A DNA stretch of 64,000 nt from Dimorphilus gyrociliatus. Taxonomy: Eukaryota; Animalia; Annelida. Numbering within the stretch: position 1 is the first letter of the stretch; every line of letters begins with the position of its first letter. The notes beneath the pieces are model-generated. The model worked only from the letters and a program-made list of their open reading frames with translations, did no database searches and was not told the origin of the DNA. The position numbers and the translations under genes were made by a program. Of the stretch, positions 56,935 to 64,000 are shown one piece after another. Location: the NCBI GenBank assembly GCA_904063045.1, contig CAJFCJ010000057.1, positions 1-64,000 on the forward strand. The letters are read 5' to 3'.

Positions 56935-59900
56935 TTAAGATGGCAGGAGACTGTTTAAAAAATTTCCAGCTTTCCATATGATTTCTGGTTGTTTGATGCC
57001 TTCAATATCAAATAACAAATTTTCTCTTGGGAGGTTTAGGCCTATCCTCTCTTTCCCATTACCTTGATCCTAAATTGGAGGAAACAATTCATGTAATTCT
57101 TAAATAAACTGAAAAATACAGACGTAATAAAGAAAGGAATGTGTGCTTATATCTATTAATGATAAATTCAAATCTTGCATAATATCAAGACCTCTAAAAA
57201 TGGTTAAGCTTGTCCTAAACAACTCAAGATTGTTTTCTGGACAGAATTTTTTAGCTTTTATATAATTTTGAAAATAGATAACAAAAATATCAAACATTAA
57301 ACCAAATTCATAACATTTTTTATAAAGTTGAACAACTGAAATTGAAGAAAGTGTGGAATAAAAATTGTAATAACAGGTTAAAAAAGATGGACAAAATGGG
57401 ACATGAACTTTAACCTTTCATGTACATTTTCCATAAATAGAGACATTATCAAATAATACATACTTTTAAATTTATAATTTTTCATTACATCATCTTTAAT
57501 TGCTTTACTGAAAGGAAGAATGAGGTAAATTTTAAATTAAAAAAAAAATTGGAAGAAGAGATTCTCTTCTGACATGGCACTTAATATTTACTTGTATTTT
57601 GTCTTATTTGTTATCCATATGTAATTAATGTTAATTTGAGAATAAACAAAAGGATTTACAACAGAGTTTATTGACAAAGATAAAATGAATGCCCAAATGT
57701 AGGTGCTGTGTGTTAAAATACTCTTTTCAAAACATGCCATAAAACCTAGAAGTAATTTTTTTAAATCCTTAAAAATCATGAAAAAACAAATTTCATTTTT
57801 TAATAAACTAACTGAAATAGGATAATGGCATCCATGTGAAAATATTTGACAAGACAATAATTGTTCCCATCTTGAAAACTCTTCGGAATCTTTTACTCTT
57901 TTCAATTGGTGACAGTATAAAGCTCTGCTTCATAATGAAATAAAGAATTCGACAGTATAAAATTAATATTGTTACGCAATTTATCGAAGTGAAAATCGTA
58001 AAAACGAAAACTGAATATAGCCATCCTTCCGGTTTTTCATTTGTTAAATGCAATGAAAAGCATACTTGATATCTTGAATAGTAGGCCTGAAAAGGGAAGA
58101 GAGATCGATTAAACAGCAAGTTAACTAGCATTCATTTATATAAAAAAAACAATGCATTTTCAAAATACATACATTAAACAGCCAATATGGCAAAAACGAT
58201 ATAAATAAAGATGATAATGTAAAGATAGATATGATTATTAATGATTTTGAAAGTGTTGTATCAACAAATTTTAAGCCATTTTTAACCATAGAAAACTTTT
58301 GGCATGTTATTAATAAAATACTAAATTGTGATAGAATTGATGAGAAACTAGCCAATAGTCCAGCAGTTGTGCATAATCTACCAGTTTGCCAATTCTCTGC
58401 CTCTTCAATGTATCTACTAGAAACCAGTCTATCTTGAACTCCTATTATCAGAAAATAGATACTAAACAGCAACTCCGAGAAGTAGAGTAGTATTTGATAT
58501 CTATGAATGCTTTTCTTTATCTTATTCAGTGATGTTGCCAAGCAAAAACTATTCAAAATGAAACTGATTAATGAAAAACTGTTGGCAAAAACTGAAAAAA
58601 TTGCAACACTTTGAAATATGTTAAAGGTTATAATTTTTTTAACCAAACTTTTGACCTACTTTTCAAAAAATTTGAATTAATCATCTCTCCGCATGAATGC
58701 GTATCCATTATCTTTGGTATGCATTCTTCTATATGGAAATTCTTAATAAAACAACAATACTTGTACTTGTCACTTATTAGTCTTTTTATTGATTTTAAAT
58801 TTTTAAACACTTTTTCAACAGGTTCCCTAAATTTGAATTTTACATTTTTCATATGCATTTCTTGTAAATTCTTCAAATTATCAAAACATTGCTCGCATAT
58901 TTCAAATATATTTGAATTTGAAATATTTAAATACTTCAATTTGATTGAATTTTTAAACAAATCAGAAGAGATTTTTTGAAAATGATAAAATTTTAATGTC
59001 AATCTTAAAAGTGATTTTTTAAAGACATTAATACCAATTTCTGTTAATCTACTCTCAATTAGAACAATATTTTGAATTAAATTTAAAAATTTAAAAGTAT
59101 CCGAATGTATAAAGGAAATAGAATTTTTTGTAAAATTTAAAGCAACAATGTTATAAAAATTTCTGACAAACTTGATATTTTTTAAATTTCCATTAAAAAC
59201 AACTAATTTTATTAATTCAAAATTATTGATATTTGTTAATAAATTAACAGTTGGAAATGCTTGAAAATTTGAAAATTCAATTATTTTCCATGTATTTGTT
59301 AGATTGCTTGAAATATTCATTGCTTTCCAACAAGAGATTTTTATAAATTGATTGCACAAACAATTCATTGGGCAATCAACGTTATCAAGATTTTTATCTT
59401 CATTATCATGAAGTGGACAAGTTTTTTCGTTGTTTGTCAGAAATACATTATGGAATCTACATTTGAATAAATCTTTTGCAATTATAATTTCTATTTTTAA
59501 AAATTCAAAAGATATCTTTATTAAATAAAATTTCAAAAGAAAAGTATTTTTTATAAACTTTTATCACAATTCTCTTCATCTTCGCCAAAAATACATTGCG
59601 CAATACCATCACATACTAATTCTTTTAAAATACAATATCCTAGTTCGCTTAAATGCTGTGGAGTATAGAAATGTATTGAATTCTATTCAAAGACTTATCA
59701 TTTACATTTGTTCTACAAAGGAAGTCTTTGATTGAGTTACATTCTTGTTGGCATAAAGAAATCATATGCCCGTAAAGTGAATTACCTTCTTTCAGATTGA
59801 AGAATGTATAGGAAATAGAACATACTGGTAGAAAGGAAAATGAATTTATAGGCTTAATTCACAATAGAATACTCTATTCATTTACAATTATTTTCCTCAA

Positions 59901-62900
59901 TTGATGAGATCATTGAATCTGTACAATGTTTAAAATTAAGTAATGATGATAATATAGATTATAAATAATGATAAAATTGGATATTTAAAACTTGTTACAG
60001 CTTTCTCTGTTAAACAAAATTCTAAAATTGTTTTGGTATGAAAACATTTCAATTTTTAAAATTTTTCAAATAATTTCAATTCGCAACAAATGATATTATC
60101 ATCAATAAAAATTTTCATTAAATCTAACATTTCATTATCTATCAGAAATCCTTTCCAATTTGCATTTGCAATAAACGCTTGGCGAAAGTCTATATCTTTT
60201 AATAGGCCTAGATAGATAGATATTTCAAATGATCAATTTCTCTAATCCTATTAAAACTTATAGTTAACAATATCAAATTATTCATATTTCGAAATTGGTT
60301 GAAATTGATATAAGATAAGGAATTCTCCGATAAATGAAGATATCTTAAATCTTTTAGATACTTTAAAGAATTTTCTTTGATTTCTCTTAGAAAATTTCTT
60401 CTTAAATCTAAACTTTGTAAATTAATTGGAAATAAGAAATCTAATGAAAATCTCTTATCAAATTTGTCATATTCAAAATTGTTATCATTCATTTTCAATT
60501 CAATTAGATTAACAAACAATTCTAGATATACATTTTGAAATTTACTATCAATTTTTCCACTTTGAACAATTAGACTGGTTACAGAATAGAATTTCTGTTC
60601 ACATTTTGAAATTGTCAACTCAGTTAAGTGTAATAAAAACACGGATTTAAAAACTTTTAGTTTCATTAACTCATCGGATGAAAAAGTAGATTTTTGACAA
60701 TGAATTTTGTGGGAGAAGAGACAATTACAGTTTTGTATACAGCTGGTATTTTCACAATATAATTCATCTATTCCGTTTCGACAATCATAAATACCATTGC
60801 AAACTTTCAGCAGGCTGATAAATGATATCCTTGATTTGCAAGAAAAGAATCCTTTAGGTTTAAATTTATCTGTTGGTGAATTCAAATAGGAGTTATTTTT
60901 AGTATAAGTAATTCATATTTTCTTCATATAGGACTTTTCACAGGTCATAAGGAGGAAGGGAAAAGAAAGGAAAGTAATAGGAAACGGTGTTAATATATTT
61001 AAATTTAACAAATAATCATTCCCTTCCGTCCCTATGTCTGTTTCTTACAGCAATTCACTTCATCATCGCCCAATGGACAATGTTTTACTTCATCGCAAAT
61101 CAGCTTGATATCAACGCAATATTGATATCTTTTACAACTGTATTGTCCCAATGTACACTTCTTTCTAATGTTACAATTGATATATTCTTCGCCACTCTTT
61201 AAAGGATAAAATACCAATGTTTCAACACTGTCATATTTTATCTCACATGTTTCGCTGTAAAATTGTTTGTCTAAATATGATTTATAGACAGGAAAGGATT
61301 AAACCTATATTTCTGGCTAAAATCTCCAATGTTCATATCAATCTGAAAAAGCTTATAATCGCTAAAAGTTTCATTTCTGCAAACTTCTCTACTCTCATCA
61401 CTGAAATCGATGCAATTTCTCTCACTATTGCAATATTTATCTGCCATGATGCATTGATGATTTTTGCATTGTCTACAAGCAATATATTATATTCGCTGCT
61501 CAATTTCCAATGTTTAAACTCTTTAATTTCCAAGTCAACTTTTACCTTTGACCTTTACTTTCAATACAATTTTCAAAGTCTACAAAAATAATTTGGATTA
61601 CAATTTATTTGGTCTCGAAATAATTTATTCGAAAAGTAGAGGATGTTGATAAATTACAGCAAAATTGTTCATCGGAGTAATCATTGCAGTCATTCACAAA
61701 ATCACAAACAAATGTGGAAGAGATGATTAGGGAATTCTTACAGGTGAAATAATTGATATTCGAACAATTCGTTTCATCTGAATTATCTTCGCAATCATCA
61801 ATTCCGTTACACAAATATCTGCTATTGATACAGATTGATAGAAATCTACAAAAGAAACCATTCCGACTGTTATATTCCATTTCAATATCTAAATTGGCAT
61901 TGGGTTCAATTATTCGAAAACTGTCTCCTAAGAAGAGATTTTAAAGTAAAAAATGTAGTTTATAGAATGTTTTTCTTCTATTGTTAAACACGAACTGGCA
62001 TGTAAAACTTTTTCACAGATAATACCGCTCTTACCCAAAAGATGTGTGCAAATGTTGAACTTATAATAAAGCTCTGAGTTATCATTCCTTGTAACCTCCA
62101 TACAAATGTATCCGTCATTCGTTGAATAAAAAAATTTCCTTTTTCATATGAAGCATATAAAGTTTCTTATTTAATTAAAAGTCATATCAATTAGCTTACA
62201 TATTTTGAAAATTCATAAGTACAATAAGAAAATTATTGACTGATAAAATTTGGAATTTTTGGGCTATATTCTTTTCCAGTTTATAAACTATACAACAAAA
62301 AAATCAATATATAAATATTTTCGTTTTTTAGTCATTAAAATGTAATTTTGCAAAAAGATGCCTGAATTGTGAATCTGTTCATTTTTAAAATAGAATATAG
62401 GATCGAAATTGAAGACAATATTGATATCATTAATGGTTTTAAGAGCAAAAATTTCCAAATTTCTTTGCCGACAAAATTCTATTGTTTTATTCAAGTTGTA
62501 TAAAAATTGAAATGAAAAGGAATAATAGCAAATTGAATTGAATGATATTTCTTTTGCTGAATCTTGAACTTGAGGGCAATCTGTTTGAGGGAAAGAGTAT
62601 GATTGGAATCGGTAGGGAAGTGAGAAAATATTATCTACCTAACGTCTCTTCACTCAGACATATTAAATTAACACTTATGACGTAAGGACTAAATAAGTTA
62701 AAATCACTCGTCTTTTTTGGAGAACAATCTGCGAGCGTTTTTATTCCAGCACCAAGACAATTAACTAATAATAGAACTTTCCTAATTTTTTCAACTTTTT
62801 CAAATTCATTCAAAATCTCTCCGTTTCCGTAACCGAATTGTTTACAAAAAAGCTAATGTTTTTCTTTGCATTAGAACAACAAAAAATCCCATTAATTAAT

Positions 62901-64000
62901 TAGTTTAATTACATTGGCATTCAATTTTGAAAACTTTTCACTAGAAACTAACCACCATTGATTTTGTTGAAAAATTTCCAAAACGCCACAAATAGTATCA
63001 AAATCATTAGAATTTTCAGATGTTTTATCAGAATTTCGTATTCTAAATTGAAAAGCTAAAAAGTGTTTTTAAAGAGACAAACAATTTGAAAAGATTGATT
63101 CAAAATTATTAAATACAATTTGTTTTGAATTCTTTATATAATTCACCAAATTTATCAGCGAAATTCACTTTTATTAACCGTTTTTTATCAATATTCACAA
63201 TTTCATCTCTACATTTAATGAAATAAATCAACGATCTCTTATCATGTCTTTTATAGCATTTTCTTTTATCTATCCTTTCCGGATATCTTTCAATTTGAAA
63301 GAGTTTACTATTCTCATAAAAACTATAATCGTATTCGTTATCTGGAATTTTATTGAATCGTTCACAAGTTGAAATGTAGAAGGAATTAAAACTTCGTCCT
63401 AGATTTTATTGAATATTTGAATAAGAAAGAAAAGTACTGTCTTTCAATTCTTTCTTTTTATAAGGTAAAAACATATTTCCAAATTTAAAACAAAGAATTT
63501 CCTTATCATTGAATTTTTCCAGAGAATTAAAGAAAAAATATGATAATGGTAATAATCTCTTTTCATTAATTTCAATTATGCTATAACAATCAATTAGACA
63601 ATTCATCCACAACTCTTTTCTTCTTATCTCAATATCTATATCTTTTGATAGGAATGCAATATAGTCTTTATTGCTAGGTAGAGGGTTTTCGTAATGTTTC
63701 TTATTTAAAGAATAGACATTTCGACATAGAAATATCATTTTCTCATTGTAATTTTTGCTTTTATTTACGCAAACTCTGTAAGATTTTTGAAAAATTCTTG
63801 CATAAACTTCACGCTTTTCTATAGTCTGAGAGTAGAAATCTAAATGAGATAACCTTCCATTATTTTCTTAATTTAACATTAATTTATTATCTATTTTTTC
63901 ATGTTTTTTTTTTTACATGTTTGATTTATTTTCATGCATAAGACGGTCATTGGTGAATCTCCATCTATTGAATAAACGTATTGACAATCATCCTTTTTAC
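56935..64000 (-). CDS. GRL101/RXFP-like LDLa-LRR GPCR, 5' end beyond the window, with SRCR-like segment and kinase-like tail
   Basis: Multiple LDLa repeats (CNGIDDCEDNSDE, CDEVKHCPLGDDE, CNGIYDCRNGIDE), two LRR blocks, a CC cap, and 7TM motifs (CTTAGLLASFSS, VCFSLH, TWMPL, VNPFVY). In-frame spliced exons continue to a TAA at 56935. One in-frame TAA at 60056-60058. Confidence 0.85.

Noticed and set aside
56899-56985. CACGTG plus AAGATGGC as the start of another LRR gene (MAGDCLKN)
   Set aside because: Stops after 13 codons and overlaps the antisense last exon of the GPCR.
1667-61944. Many antisense ORFs in the supplied track (e.g. 1667, 5949, 20403-22142, 32192, 34525, 58611, 61217)
   Set aside because: They are shadows of real genes on the opposite strand.
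1-64000. tRNA, rRNA or snRNA genes
   Set aside because: No cloverleaf, box A/B or rRNA-like conserved segment was recognised by eye; a covariance-model scan was not possible.

Overview
AT-rich eukaryotic DNA with very short (about 40-70 bp) GT-AG introns, typical of a compact invertebrate genome. The gene content resembles a spiralian such as the annelid Dimorphilus, but the species cannot be proven from the sequence. Roughly 3-19 kb and 23-31 kb are a patchwork of short decayed fragments in both orientations: Tc1/mariner, MULE, Ty3/gypsy, BEL/Pao, a dispersed repeat, and pieces of LRR, TIR, trypsin and DEG/ENaC genes. Intact-looking genes include intronless RNI-type LRR proteins with different E3-ligase-type N-termini (BC-box/Cullin-box or RING-B-box-coiled coil), a DEG/ENaC channel with a very large knuckle insertion, a bacterial-like Cupin_5 gene, a CUB-TM protein and a small secreted protein. 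A near-complete PHD-FLYWCH-MULE transposon and two MULE-type MITE families with 9-bp TSDs are present. On the right, an IFT54-type CH plus degenerate Roc-COR region appears spliceable into an LRR-Roc-COR-TIR-TIR-CaaX gene, and a convergent GRL101-like LDLa-LRR GPCR carries a kinase-like C-terminal tail. All domain calls are by-eye motif recognition; no searches were run, and boundaries of decayed fragments are approximate.
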